This document shows, piece after piece, positions 1 through 12,609 of a stretch of 64,000 nt of DNA. The notes beneath the pieces are model-generated. The model saw only the letters and a program-made list of their open reading frames with translations, did not search any database and had not been told where the DNA came from. Every line of letters begins with the position of its first letter. The first letter of the stretch is position 1. The stretch comes from Vicugna vicugna (Eukaryota). Made by a program: the position numbers and the translations under genes. Location: contig MU057809.1 of assembly GCA_013265495.1 (NCBI GenBank), positions 1,231,062 to 1,295,061 on the forward strand, given 5' to 3'.

Positions 1-134
1 CTGATTAGTTCATGGCATTCATGCTGAAGACAAAAGTTTTAGCTTCTGGAGGCTGACTTATGAGACTGCTCACATTTCTTTTTCTTGAAATCAAGCGTAT
101 TGAGGTGTAATTTACATGCAGTAAAAGGCCCTCA

Positions 135-475
135 TTTTTTAAAAATTGAAGTGTACTCGGTTTACAGTGTTGTGTCAATTTCTGGTGCACAGCACAATGC
201 TTCAGTCATACATGAACATTCATACATTCGTTTTCATATTCTTTTTCACCGTAAACTACTACAAGGTACCGGATATAGTTCCCTGTGCTATACAGTATGA
301 ACTTGTTTTATCTGTTTTATATATACCAGTCAGTATCTGCAAATCTCAAACTCCAAGTTTATCCCTTCCCACCCCCTTCCCCTCTGGTAACCATAAGTTT
401 GTTCTCTATGTCTGTGAGTCTGTTTCTGTTTTATATATAAATTCATTTGTCTTTTTTTTTTAGATTCCACATATC
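135..475 (-). mobile_element. L1 3' end, artiodactyl-type
   Basis: Poly-T start followed by typical L1 3'UTR text (atatagttccctgtgctatacagt, ggtaaccataagtttgttctctatgtctgtgagtctg, tttagattccacatat). Confidence 0.75.
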
Positions 476-1890
476 AGAATGCACGCATTTTAAGTGTAAG
501 ATTTAACAAATGTGGACAGAAATATCCACCTATGTGACTACCACTAAAACAGTATCAGAACATTCCCATCACCCAAATTTCCTCCTGCCTGTTTGCATTC
601 TATGATTTCTGTCACCATTTTGCCTTTTAAAAAACTTCCTATGAATCAAATCATGTATGTACTCTTGTTTCCTGGGTTCTTACGTGTAGTGTAATATCCG
701 TTGAGAGTCATCCGTGTTGTTGCATGTACTGATGTGTGACTCAGTGGTTCATTTTTTTTTATTGCTAGGTAGCTTTCCACTGAGTGAGTACACCGCAGTT
801 TATTTGTCCACTTGTTTATGGACCTCTGGGTTGTTTTTTGGTTTGTTGCTATTTTAAATAAAGCCACAGTGAGCATTCTTGTACAGATCTTTGTGTGGAC
901 AATTATTTCATTCATGGATAGTGTCTTTTGTGTTGTTTCTAAAAGGCATCACCGTATGCAGCGCCACCTGGGTTCTCTCCTTTGTTACCGTCGAGGAGTA
1001 TTATAGTTTTGCTTTTTACATTTGGATCTGTGATCCAGTTTTAGTTAATTTTTGTCAAGGGAATAAGGTCTGTGCCTAGATTTTTTTTTTTAATTTTGGG
1101 TGTAGGTAATTAGGTTTATTTATTTATTAATGGAAGTACTGGGGATTGAACCCAGGGCTTTGTGCATGCTAAGCAGGCACTCTGCCCAGCTGTACCCTCC
1201 TCTGCTAGATTCTTTTTTTTTACTGTCTGAGTGTCCAGTTGTTCCAATACCATTTATTGAAGTGACAGACTGTCTTTACTCCATTGTATTTTTTTTGCTC
1301 CTTTGTTAAAAATCAGTTGACTATATTTATGTGGATCTACTTCTGGGCTCTCTGTTCTGTTCCACTGATCTGTTTTTCTTTTCTTTGCCAATGCCATGCC
1401 ATCTTGATTACTGTAGCTTTATATAAGTCTTGAAGTCGGGTAGCATCAGTCTTCCAACTTGGTTCTCCTTCAGTATTGTGTTGGCTCTTCTAGGTCTTTT
1501 GCCTCTATGTATAAACTTCAGAAACAGTTTGTTGCTATCCACAAAATAACTTGCTGGGATTTTGATTGGATTAATCTGTGGATTAAGTTGGGAAGAATTG
1601 ACATCTTGACAATATTGAGTCTTCCTGTCCTAGAGCACTTTGAACGTGGAATCTCGACATTTATTTAGTTATTCTTTGATTTCATCCATCAGAACATTGT
1701 AGTTTTCCTCATAAAGATCTTATGCATATTTTGTAGATTCATATCTAAGTGTTTCATTTTAGGGGGCACTTATAAAAGGAGTTGTGTTTTTAATTTCAAA
1801 TTCCACTTGCTCATTGCTGATATATAGGAAAGTGGTTGACTTTTGTGTATTAACCTTGTATCCTGCAAACTTGCTGTAACTTGAGCCCTT
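476..1890 (-). mobile_element. Old L1 (L1M-type) fragments, interrupted by a SINE
   Basis: Consensus-like antisense L1 ORF2/3' text such as tcttgattactgtagctttata..agtcttgaa and gggaagaattgacatcttgacaatattgagtctt. Confidence 0.75.
1083..1203 (-). mobile_element. tRNA-Ala-derived SINE (vic-1-like)
   Basis: Reverse strand contains tgcttagcatgcac...cctgggttcaatcccc (anticodon arm and B box) plus an A-rich tail; probable short TSD ctagatt. Confidence 0.8.
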
Positions 1891-2129
1891 AAAATTTTAT
1901 ATTTGAAAAATGATTGATAATCTAAGATGCGTATATCATATTTTGATGGTCTGTTTGATTGGCCTTTATTACATAGAATCCCTAAAGCTGTTTTGTAGAA
2001 CACCTACTTTTATGGATCTTACAGAACCTTCCACGAGATGAAAAATCTGCTTGATATTTTGTATTAACAATCTTTTCTAACTTTTTGAAAGTCTCAGCAT
2101 TAAAAAAAATCAGGTCTGTAATGCAAAAA

Positions 2130-2565
2130 AGTTGGTAACAGCTTTATTCATAATAGCCAAAAAAGGGAAGTAACCACGAAGTTCATCATTTGGTAAATGG
2201 GTAAACATGTGTTGGTATATCCATACAGTGGAATGCTGCTCAGCAGTAAAAAAGGGACTTACTACTGCCACAGGCCACAACATGGACAGACCTCAAAAGC
2301 GTCTTGCTCAGTGAAGGAAGCCAAACACAAGAGCCTACTTCCTGTATAATTCCATTCATGTGACATTCTAGAAAAGGCAGAACTGTAGGACAGAAAACAA
2401 ATTGGTACCTGCCTGGAGCTGGGTGTTGGTGGAGGATGAGGGAAATGTTCTGTATCTTAATTATAGTATACATTTGCCCCAACTCATCCAGCTGTGCAGT
2501 TAAAAAGAGTTTTATTGTGTACAAATCACACCTCAATAAACCTGATTTTAAAAGAAATAAAAAGA
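2130..2565 (+). mobile_element. L1M 3' end fragment
   Basis: cagctttattcataatagccaaaaa...tatatccatacagtggaat...ttctagaaaaggcagaact...cctcaataaa and an A-rich tail. Confidence 0.75.
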
Positions 2566-2863
2566 GGTGTCAGAGTGATTTAATCCATAAAGAACGGTCT
2601 TTTGAACAAACAGTGCTGGAATAGCAGGATATCTGTGTGAGGAAAAGCGTGGCTCTCAGCCTCTCCCGCCGGGAACAGTCACACTGGATGGTGGCTGAGA
2701 CTCTCCGCATCTAGCACACCTTTCCACGACGGCAAGTACCTTAGCTTCCACTTACTAATACTCACGATATAATTCTCACTGGTTTGCTCACTTGTGTCTA
2801 TAATATGTGGTAAATACACACACACCAACAAACCCTGGTCCAAGTGACAAAGCAAATATACAG

Positions 2864-3285
2864 ATATTAGCCAAGGTTCTCCAGAGAAACAGAACCCATT
2901 GGGGGTGTGTGTGTGGAGATGGGTTACGAGGAGTTGGCTCACGTGGTTGTGGAGGCGAGTTCACCCCGGGAGAGCTGGTGATAAGTAGTTCCAGTCTGAG
3001 CCTGAAGGCCTGAGAACCAGGGACTGATGGTGTCAGTTCCAGTACTGGTCCGAGTCTGAAGGCAAGAGACCGATGTCCTGGCTCAAAGATAGGCCAAGAG
3101 GAGAATTCCCTCCTTTTTGTTCTGTGTGGCTTTGCATGGATTGGGTGAGGCTCACCGGGGTTGGGGGGTGGGCACGGATGGAATCAAACGTTCCAGAAAC
3201 AGCCTCACAGCCACGTCCAGAGTATGCAGTCAGATTTCTGGGTGGCCGAGTCTCAGCCCAGTTGACACATAAAATTAACCAGGAC
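2864..3285. mobile_element. MLT2-like (ERVL) solo LTR
   Basis: Starts tattagccaaggttctccagagaaacagaacc and ends cagttgacacataaaattaacc, both MLT2 hallmarks. Confidence 0.75.
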
Positions 3286-4879
3286 AAACCACTGGACGTT
3301 TTCATCCTGTAGTTGTCAATTCTGCCATCAAATGTGGGAAATGCCCTTGTATGAGTTTTAATGTGCGTCCGGCCGCGTGGCCCTCTCTTCCAGATCAGGA
3401 CGGTGGTGGATGCGTCAGGATGACGCATACTGGAGTGTGAGGGGGTCAGCCCTGCTGTCTGCCGCAGACCACCCCCTCTTCCCGGATCCTTGCCTGCTGT
3501 CAGTGTGAAGGCTCCTTCAGCCCCGTGGCCGCAGTGGGTGGCCAGCATAGGGTGCTTCCTCCTGGGGCTGCCAAGTCAGCCCCTGGCGTCATACCCTGCC
3601 GTGTGTGACAAGAAATATTTAACAGCCCCACCTTGAGCTGAGAAACAGCTCCCGTCTGCCCGGCCACAGTGTTTTGGTTTAAACCCAACCTAATTCTTCC
3701 ATCAGTAGCGTTTCCAAGGGCCTTTGACAGAGCCCTTGTAGAAAACCAAGCCCCAGATGGTGAAGTTTCTGGGCAGACTCGCTGTCAGTCCTGCTGCTGG
3801 CGGCAGAAGCCGGAGACCGCGTGCTGCAGCCGGGGGTACCTCGTTCCCTCTAGGCAGGCTCTTCGTGCTCTGCTTCTTCAGAACTTGTAGGGCCTTATAC
3901 GGGCTGCTTTTTTAAATAGTCAGAGATTTATGTTTGGAAATAATGCCCTTATTTTTTAATGAAAAATTTATGAGGTCAATGTCCTCTGCCGTGTTTTTGA
4001 AGCGGTCTTCATCCTCAGCCTGGCTTTCCTTGCCTGGCTGTCCCCACTGTGCTGCTCTCACCCCCAGAAGGCCGCTCAGTGTAACCCAGAGCATCTGGCT
4101 TGAAATGCCCGGGCACCTGGCCCAGAAATTCCTAGATGGCCCACCCCCATTTGCAAAGTAAAACTTGCTGCTGGCGATGCTGTCTGGTCGCCTTTACTCT
4201 CTTCTCTGCTCTGCTCCTTCTCTTCGTGGACTTTCCCTCCATGCATGTTTTAAAGTAGCCAGTCCTTGTCTCTCAGCGACTGCTCTCATAGGCCACTCGA
4301 TACACTCAGCCCATCTTGTTTCCACCACTGCTGTTTTTGTGGCTTGTTTGGGGTTAGAAATGACAACACAAAGGACTGCCCTCGTTCCTTGATGTTAAAA
4401 ATGAACTGTGGCCTCAGCCCTGTTGGGAGATGCCACCCCAGCTCGGGGTGTAGGCGCTCATCCCCTTGCTTCAGAAAGGCCTGGAAAGAGCTGCAGTGTG
4501 GCGGGGCTGTGCGTGGGACAGGGTTCCCAGGACCAGCGTCCCCGTTAAGTAACCAGACACAGGGTTTTGGCCATTCTCAGGGGAAGACCTGTCTTGTTTT
4601 TGTGTAATCCCCCATTGTAAAATTTTGAAACTTTAACTTTTGTTCGAGCAGCAAATGGCAGGTGAAGTCAGCCTGTGGGACTTCGGTGCAAGCCTGTGGC
4701 TTCAGCAGCAGGCTCCAAGTTTACCCTCTGTTACACTCCTCCACCATATTTAGGCCTTTTCTTATTTGTTTTTCACACACTGCATTGTGTATTTGCATTT
4801 TAAACTTTATTTATTCAACAATGCCTCTTGGAAATTCCTCCAAGTCCAATGTTACAGCTCTAGTTTTTTTCCTCTCCAT

Positions 4880-5960
4880 TTTTTTTTTACTGTGGTAAAG
4901 TACACATAACATGAAATTCACCACCTTAACCGTTTTCAAGTGTGCAGTTCAGGACACTAAGCATACGCATATTGTCGTGCAACCATCACCACCACCCATC
5001 TCCAGAACTCATTTATCTCCCCAAACTGAGACTCTGTCCCCTTTAAACACTGAATCTCCATCCCCCTCTTCCAGCCCATGGCCCCCACCCCTCCGACGTT
5101 CTGTCTCTATGAATTTGACTCCTCCCGGGACCTCATGTAAGTGGAATCCTACAGCATTTGTCCTTTTGTGTCTGACTTATTTCACTGAGCATGGTGTCCT
5201 CAAGGTCCATCCATGTTGCAGCAGGTGTCAGTTTCCTTCCTTTCCGAGGCTGAGAGTGCTCCATGGTAGGGACGGACCACATTCTGTTTACCACTCACCC
5301 ACCGACAGACATGGGTTGCTTCCACCTTTTGGCTGCTCTGAAAAGTGCTGTGAGCATGGGTTTGCAAATATCTCTTCCAGACCCTGCTTTCAGTTCCTGT
5401 GGGTATAGTCCCAGAAGTGGAATTGCTGGGTCATGTGCTAATTTTATACAGCGGTTCTATTTTTTTTGGCAGAACTTCTATACTGGCTTTCACAGTGGCC
5501 TTGCCATTTTACAGTCCGGTTAACAGCGCACAAGGGTGTCAGCTGCTCCACGTCTTCACCAGTGCTGCTGCTTTTCTGTTTGGGAATTTTTTTTAAACAG
5601 TAGCCATCCTGCTAGGTGTGAGGTGGTGTCTTCTTGTGGTCTCGGTTTGCAGCGCCCTGGGGAGCAGTGATGTTGAGCATCTTTTCATGTGCTGATCGGC
5701 CACTTGTGTCTTCTTCAGGGAAAGGGTGATCCAAGTCCTTTGCTCATTTTTGAATCAGGTTAATTTTTTTTCTTGTGTTTTAAGAGTTTTCTATATATTC
5801 TGATATTAACCCCTTGTTAAGTATATGATCTGCAGATATTTTCTCCCATCCTGTGAGAGCCTTTTTACTCTGTTGATAGTGCCTTTTGATACAAAAAAGT
5901 CTTGATTTGTATAAAGACCAGTTTGCCTGTTTTTCTGTTGTTGTTAACGCCTTTAATTCT
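4880..5960 (-). mobile_element. L1MB/MC-like 3' fragment
   Basis: acataacatgaaattcaccaccttaaccgttttcaagtgtgcagttc...cccagaagtggaattgctgggtcat. Confidence 0.75.
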
Positions 5961-6734
5961 TATCGCTGTGTATCTTTTTTAAAAGGAAAATAGTTTTTTC
6001 GGATAGTAAGAACAAGAAATGCTCGATATAAACAAAAATAAGCTTAAATACAGAAAACGATAAAGAAGTGGGTCAGACTCACCCAAATACCCACCATCCA
6101 GGGGTATTTACTGACACTTGGAGCTGGGTGGTGGTCGAGGCGCCCATGCGCAGCACACAGCCTGATCATGACCTGCTGGTTCTCCCTGCAGCTGTCCACA
6201 GGGAGAGGCTGCACAGGTCACACTGAGTGGTCTAGTTTGTTTGTTGTAAGTTAGGAATCTCAATATAAGTCAGTTAACTGACTCACTGTTAAAAAAAAAA
6301 AATAAAGCTGCAGTCCACTGTGCTGATGAGGAAAGGGCCCGGGGGGGACCTGCTGCTGGCCCGACCCAAACACGGGCTCCTGATTCCTCATCCAGAGGAC
6401 TCAGCAGTGCCCGATCTTACTCAGGGTGGTCACTTACTAAGAACAAAACTTTAGACATTGAATCTATTAAAGACTAAAGGATTATAGTGTTTGGGGCTAA
6501 TACACCAAACGAGGAAAAAATTAGAGTCCCTTTAATCTAATTAGGTGTCTTCTTATTCAGAGAAGACCACACTCAGGACAGCTAGCAGAGGAATGTCAAG
6601 TGAGGCTGCCCCGCCTCTGCCGGGGTACCGGCTGGGCTGGCGGGGCGTCCAGGGCTGGTTCCAGGCTGATGTCAGATCTGAGCAGGAACTCATTCCCGCT
6701 GTGAGCCTTGCTCTGTTCGCTGCCCTTTGCCTCC

Positions 6735-6804
6735 AGGACCAGAGATACAAGGACTAGAGATAAGAGGACCAGAGATATAAGGACCAGAGATACAAGGACC
6801 AGAG
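6735..6804 (+). repeat. 15-bp tandem repeat AGGACCAGAGATACA, ~4.7 copies
   Basis: Units start at 6735, 6750, 6765, 6780 and 6795. Confidence 0.9.
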
Positions 6805-7049
6805 CCTTCGTATCTGTTGCATCAGAAAAGCCAGGAAAGCCTTGCTGTTTGTGGCTGTCGCAGAGGTCGGCGCCTGACCTTCTGAGGAAGCGTGATCCTG
6901 CCAGGCCCCCGCTGTTGACCTGATGGAGCTTTGAAGGAGGAGAAACTTGCATGTATGACTTCAGCCCCTGGGGAGGGCTGGGGAAACCTGGGTGTGTGTG
7001 CGTGTGCATGTGTAAGTGTGATCCTACCCAGATTACTGCATAAATACTT

Positions 7050-7390
7050 TTTACAACGGAATACCACTCGCGTACAGAAGGGAAGGAACTGTTGGTGTGT
7101 ACAACCATGTGGACGAATCTCAGATTACACACTGAGTGATTCCATTTATAGAAAACTCTAGAAAATGCAAACTAATTTATAGTAACAGAAGATAGAGCAG
7201 CAGTTGCTAGAGGAGAGTGGGGCTGGGGGAGAGGATTGCAAGGGCCCCAGTGAGCTTTTGGGGGTGATGGAGATGTTCCCTGCCTGATGGTGGTGACGGC
7301 GTCTTGGATGCACGCGCACTCATCACACTGTACGTTACGTAAGCGCAGCTCATTGTGGGTCGGTTACACCTCAGCAAAGCTGCTTAGGAG
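7050..7390 (+). mobile_element. L1M 3' end fragment
   Basis: tgattccatttatagaaaactctagaaaatgcaaactaatttatagt...ttttgggggtgatggagatgttc. Confidence 0.65.
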
Positions 7391-9635
7391 AAAGAGTTAC
7401 TCACCTTTAACAGTAAGAAGGCTGAGGGAGTGTGTGGGGGGCTTGACTTTTAGAGTCACACTTGAATTCAGATGCTGATCTGACACCCCTGGGCCTCAGT
7501 TTCCTCAGCTGGAGGAGGGTTACCTGTCCTCCCTGGGAGGGTGTGCAGAGGGTGTGCAGTAACGCACGTGTGTGAAGTGCTCGTCTTACTGCCTGACACA
7601 TGGTGAGAGCACGTTAACTAGCAACTGCTATTAAAAAGATATCGTCTGTATGTATAAATTTTCCTAAAAATATGTGACCATGTCTTTTCCTCGCAATTAA
7701 ACTGAAGTCGTATTAAGTTATTGTCAAGAGAGTCAGGGTTTTTACAGAGCGTTGTAGGCACTGGTGTTTGTTAATGTGCACACATTGCTTCTTGGCTGCG
7801 AAATACTTGAAGGTGTTCAGGTTACCAGGCCCAGAGCCCGTGTGTGTGGTGTTCGCACTGTGAACGTGACGGTGGCGGCCCTGGAGCTGTGGCCCTGCCT
7901 GTGTCCATAGACAGGGCTGTGACTCTGCGTCGTCTCCGCACTGTGTTAGCCTTGATCTTAAACCTGAACGCTGACCTCCTAAACCAGGTGACATTTTAAG
8001 TGACTCTCCCCTTTGCTGCTTTCTCAGCCTTCAGCAAACCTTTTTTTTTTTTTTTGGTATGGTTTCACCTTCATATTTAGAAACTATTCACCCTGTTACA
8101 TCTTTGAGAAGGGATGGTCTTAAAAACTTTAATGACATGGGTATTTATGATCTAGCTTTAAAAGTAGGCTGTAAAATGGTGTGATTATAGCTGTTAAAGG
8201 GGAATTAAAAGCTGTTGCCATATTGCCTGTCTTTACTCCACTCACACCCACGACCCACTCGCAGGGATCCAGCTGGAGTAGAGCAGCAGGCGTGCAAGAG
8301 ACGGCAGGGTATCTCACCTGGAATCCAGTAGTGTTTCATGATTTTTGTAATGTGCATATTGCCTTTATAGTGTGTAATAATCATGTACTAAACATAGAGT
8401 GTGTGATGAACACCCAGCTGTGTGACTCGTGCGCCGCCGGCCGCACTGAGCCGGTGATCGCCGCCCCCCAGGGCAGGGGTCACCAGGTTTCTTTGCTCTT
8501 CCTTTTCCCGTGAGGGCACGTTGAGAGCTCTGGGGGCTCAGGAAACACTACACAAAGGTGACGATGACCAGAGACTGTTCTTTCCTCTGTCGATGCTGGT
8601 TTTAGCCCCTTTCCTGTAAAAGTCCTCACCACCTTTTGCCTGCTGACCTCTTTACTGTGCGTATGTTTTACTTTCTCCATTTAAAAAAGTGAACTAAGAG
8701 TAAACAAAAGCCCCAGAGCTGGGTAGAGATTGTACCCAAGTTTTTCTGCCTGATAAACTTTTAGGTTCATTTAATGAGAATATGTTAGATACCAGGTACA
8801 GAGCTGAGTGCATATGAGAAATACGGTCTCAAAGAAGCGTCCCCTGGGAGACATCCAAGAGGGTGCGTGGCGCAGGCTCCCCTGAACACCCCAAGACGTG
8901 CTCTGTCTGTGCTCTGATGCCTGCGGTGACAGAGATCCTAGAACGGCTTAAAAAACAGCCCATTCTGCATTTTGGCCACATGATTATTTATAAATTTTAT
9001 ATTAAATATTAATATTTCATTACATATATTAAACTTTAATAATTTCCTTGGGCGCAGCCGAGTTTCTGAGTTTCACCTTCCGAAGCAGCTCCCTCTTGCA
9101 CGGGACAGCCCTCCAGACAGTTGAAGCCTGGCACGCCCTGAACAGCCCCGCTGCTGCCGCTGCCCTCACCAGGGGCCGCAGCCGGGAGAAGCCTGGAGCC
9201 ACCAGAAGCCCGCACCACTTGCTCTCGCTGTTTGGATTAAGTGTACGCAGAAAAGGGGTGTGGGGCGGGGTGAGGCGCTTCATCGTTTTTACAAACCGCC
9301 ACGTGCTCTGCGCTTTACCTTCTTGTTACTGTGTTTTGCTTTGCCGTCCGCCTCTTGTTTCATCCTTGTACCCCTTCTTCACGAGGGTCTGTGTTCCCAC
9401 CGGGCTGGGCAGCCACCTTTCAGCACAGTGATAGGGATCTCCTGTTCCTTTGGGCCTTCCTAAGCTGCGCGGGGTCCATCACACAGAGAAGGGCCCCCCC
9501 CCCCGCCAGGCAGCCACACAAAGTCGACCTCATGCAGGGGCGGGGGAGGGAGAAGTGGGGACACTGGGCTGAGACTGCAGCAGGCACCGTTTCTTCAGGT
9601 CCGCAGGCTGCGGGAGGACCTTGGTCTTTAACGTG

Positions 9636-9653
9636 GCCTTTATTGCCTTCCAG
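9636..9653 (+). other. CHST12: Splice acceptor of the CHST12 coding exon (exon starts at 9654)
   Basis: Pyrimidine-rich gcctttattgccttc followed by CAG at 9651-9653, 82 nt before the ATG. This fits the known two-exon CHST12 structure with a non-coding exon 1. Confidence 0.75.
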
Positions 9654-9735
9654 CTTCCTCAGCGCACAGCGTCCAGGCTCTACATGAAGCTGACGTGAAA
9701 GGATCCAGGGGAAAGGCCCTGCGTCCAGGGACAGG

Positions 9736-10992
9736 ATGACCAAAAGCCGGCTCTTCCGCCTGTGGCTGGTCTTGGGCTCTGTCTTCACCATCCTCCTGAT
9801 CATCGTGTACTGGGACAGCGTGGGCACCGCCCACTTCTCCCTGCCCACCTCCTTCTCCAGGCCGCACCCGCTGGAGGCCCTCCCCACCGGCCGGGCAGAC
9901 GAAAAGGAGTTCGCCTCCGATGTGGACGCGTTTCTGGAGAAGCTTCTCAGTGCTGGCGTGAAGCAGAGCGTCCTCCCCGGGAAGAGGGCGGAGCAGCCCC
10001 CACTGCTGGCCTCCAGCAGGCCCGCGCCCGGCAACATGGAGGAGAGCGTGCGGGGCTACGACTGGTCCAGCCACGGCGCCCCGCAGAGCCCGGACGTGGA
10101 CGGGCGGCAGGCCGAGCGCAGGAGCGTGCTCAGGGAGCTCTGCGCCAACACCAGCTTCGTGTTCCCCACCAAGGAGCGCTCCTTCGATGACATCCCCAAC
10201 TACGAGCTGAACCACCTCATCGTGGACGACCGGCATGGGGTCATCTACTGCTACGTGCCCAAGGCGGCCTGCACCAACTGGAAGCGCGTGATGATCGTCC
10301 TGAGCCAGAGCCTCTCGGACCGGGGCGTCCCCTACCGCGACCCCCTGGACATCCCCCGGGAGTACGTCCACAACTCCAGCACCCACCTGACTTTCAGCAA
10401 GTTCTGGCGTCGCTACGGGAAGTTCTCCCGCCACCTCATGAAGGTCAAGCTGAAGAAGTACACCAAGTTCCTGTTCGTGCGGGACCCCTTCGTGCGCCTC
10501 ATCTCGGCCTTCCGCAGCAAGTTCGAGCTGGAGAACGAGGAGTTCTACCGCAAGTTCGCCGTCCCCATGCTGAGGATGTACTCCAACCACACCAGCCTGC
10601 CCGCCTCGGTCAGCGAGGCCTTCAGCGCGGGCCTCAAGGTGTCCTTCGCCAACTTCATCCAGTACCTGCTGGACCCCCACACCGAGAAGCTGGCGCCCTT
10701 CAATGAACACTGGCGGCAAGTGCACCGCCTCTGCCACCCCTGCCAGATAGACTACGACTTCGTGGGCAAGCTGGAGACGCTGGACCAGGACGCCGCCCAG
10801 CTGCTCCGGCTCCTCAAGGTGGACAAGCTGCTCCATTTCCCCCCGAGTTACCGGAACAGAACTGCCAGCAGCTGGGAGGAGGACTGGTTCTCCAAAATCC
10901 CCCTGGCCTGGAGGCAGCAGCTTTACAAACTCTACGAAGCAGATTTTGTGCTCTTTGGCTACCCCAAGCCTGAAAATCTACTTAGAGACTGA
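9736..10992 (+). CDS. CHST12: Carbohydrate sulfotransferase 12 (chondroitin 4-O-sulfotransferase 2), single coding exon, 418 aa
   Basis: Type II membrane N-terminus MTKSRLFRLWLVLGSVFTILLIIVYW; 5'-PSB motif CYVPKAACTNWK; 3'-PB motif FLFVRDPFVRLISAF; HWRQVHRLCHPC and DFVGKLETL motifs; C-terminal YEADFVLFGY; four N-glycosylation sequons (NTS, NSS, NHT, NRT); strong GC3 bias; lies next to GRIFIN as in other mammals. Confidence 0.98.
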   Translation: MTKSRLFRLWLVLGSVFTILLIIVYWDSVGTAHFSLPTSFSRPHPLEALPTGRADEKEFASDVDAFLEKLLSAGVKQSVLPGKRAEQPPLLASSRPAPGNMEESVRGYDWSSHGAPQSPDVDGRQAERRSVLRELCANTSFVFPTKERSFDDIPNYELNHLIVDDRHGVIYCYVPKAACTNWKRVMIVLSQSLSDRGVPYRDPLDIPREYVHNSSTHLTFSKFWRRYGKFSRHLMKVKLKKYTKFLFVRDPFVRLISAFRSKFELENEEFYRKFAVPMLRMYSNHTSLPASVSEAFSAGLKVSFANFIQYLLDPHTEKLAPFNEHWRQVHRLCHPCQIDYDFVGKLETLDQDAAQLLRLLKVDKLLHFPPSYRNRTASSWEEDWFSKIPLAWRQQLYKLYEADFVLFGYPKPENLLRD

Positions 10993-11309
10993 AGGCATTA
11001 GGAGAAAATCCCAAATACCAAAACCAGAACAAAGCGGAACAGACCACACGCTCATGCCTTTACTCTAAGCCTGAGCACAGGGCCTGTGTTCCCGCCGCCG
11101 TCTTCCTGAGCTCGGCGCGATGGGTTGCCACGTGTATTTTTTTACGGCTTCGTTTCCCTCCCGTTGTGACACGTCACAGAGTCCCACAGTGCTCCTGCTG
11201 GTGAGGCCACTGGGAGCGCCTGGAATTGACCATGCCCACGCCCTAGTTTGTAAAATAACCTATGATTTTGCAGTCTAGGTCCACTGCCTATGTTCATCGA
11301 GTGCTGTGT

Positions 11310-11356
11310 TAATATTGTTTTTTAAGATTAATATATTTCAGATATTTAATATGAAA
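11310..11356 (+). terminator. CHST12: Candidate CHST12 polyadenylation region (non-canonical AATATA at 11330-11335)
   Basis: Isolated AT-rich block ~340 nt after the stop codon; I saw no canonical AATAAA nearby. Confidence 0.35.
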
Positions 11357-12609
11357 AGTGGAGAAGGAAATGGTGGAGTAAAAGGTCACATCTGCCCCTT
11401 CTGCCTGCCCTGTGGTCATTCTGGTGGAGGGACGGACGGATGCTCACTGAGGGGCTCTGAGCGGCATCGGGGCCCACGCCGGGACCTCAGAGCCGCCGTT
11501 CAAGGAAGGGAGGGTTCGTGGTTGTCTTCAGCAAAAAGGAGGAACTTGAATTTCACATTAGGCCTTGCTGTATTTGTGCGGGGTTAGCAGACAAGCCCTT
11601 ACAAGGTGAGAGCTCTCTTACTAGGTGACACGTGAGAAGGGAAGGCGACTGATAAGGGTTTCATATTTGAGATCAGGTGGAAGGTGAATCATGCGTCCTG
11701 GTCGCAGTCACAGAAGCTGGCTCTTAACTCCAGCCGTCCCTTTAACTTCTCACTCACGGGCACGAGGATTTGCAGTAACAGGGACGGTGAGGTGGAGGAG
11801 TGTCCCCAGAACGCACTCCCCGCATCAGCAAGGCCGGGCTCGGGTGTGGTCCTCCTCGCTGGCCCGGCTGGTGGGTTTAGCTCTGGGGATGCTCACTGTC
11901 GAGGACGTGACTCACCAGGATTGTCAGGTTCGGTGGCCTTGCCCTGGTGAAGGTGTCTGCTAGTCCAGGAGGGCTCTTCTTGAACATCTGGTTCAAACCC
12001 CCTGCAGGGTTTGCTGTGAGCCTGCAATTGGTGGTAAGTGTGTGGTGGTTCCCTGGTGTTTGGGCGTCACAGTAGACCACGTTCCTGAGGAGCTGGCAGT
12101 ACACGCGGAAGTCCTCCCCTGGGCCTCCTGGGTGTGCGGCACCTCGGCTTTTCCCGGCCTCGAGGTGGGGCTGTGGATTGAGCCCAGGCCTTCAGCGCTC
12201 GCCTTGCAGACTCGGAGCTCCACGGTGGTAGAAACCACCCGTTCCTTTGGAAGCTTCCGTGCTTTCCGCAGGACAGTCGGCAGCAGAAACACACACTCGA
12301 CGAGTCCAGTGTTGGAGTCGTTGTCTGAAGAGCCGTGGTCACTCTGGGGATCTGTGGGACACCTGTTCACTCATCAGTGGTCTGGGCCACCTCTTGGGCT
12401 GGGCTGTGGGTCCCCGTGTGGACAAGGTAGCTCTGCCTTGGGGGAGCTTGGTGGTCTTCTGGTGTGGGACGAGGGGAGCAGGCACCCTGATCCCAGCCCG
12501 GCAGGCCGAGTGCCCTGCGAACAGCACAGAGGAGTGGGTGAGAGAAGAACGGGCTTCCTGAGGGAGACGGTGGCCAAGCTCGGCCTGAAGGGCACAGAAG
12601 GTTTTGAAG

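Noticed and set aside
9640..10836. 398-aa antisense ORF overlapping CHST12
   Set aside because: It is codon-aligned with a GC3-rich CDS, which suppresses stops on the opposite strand. It has no recognisable domain.
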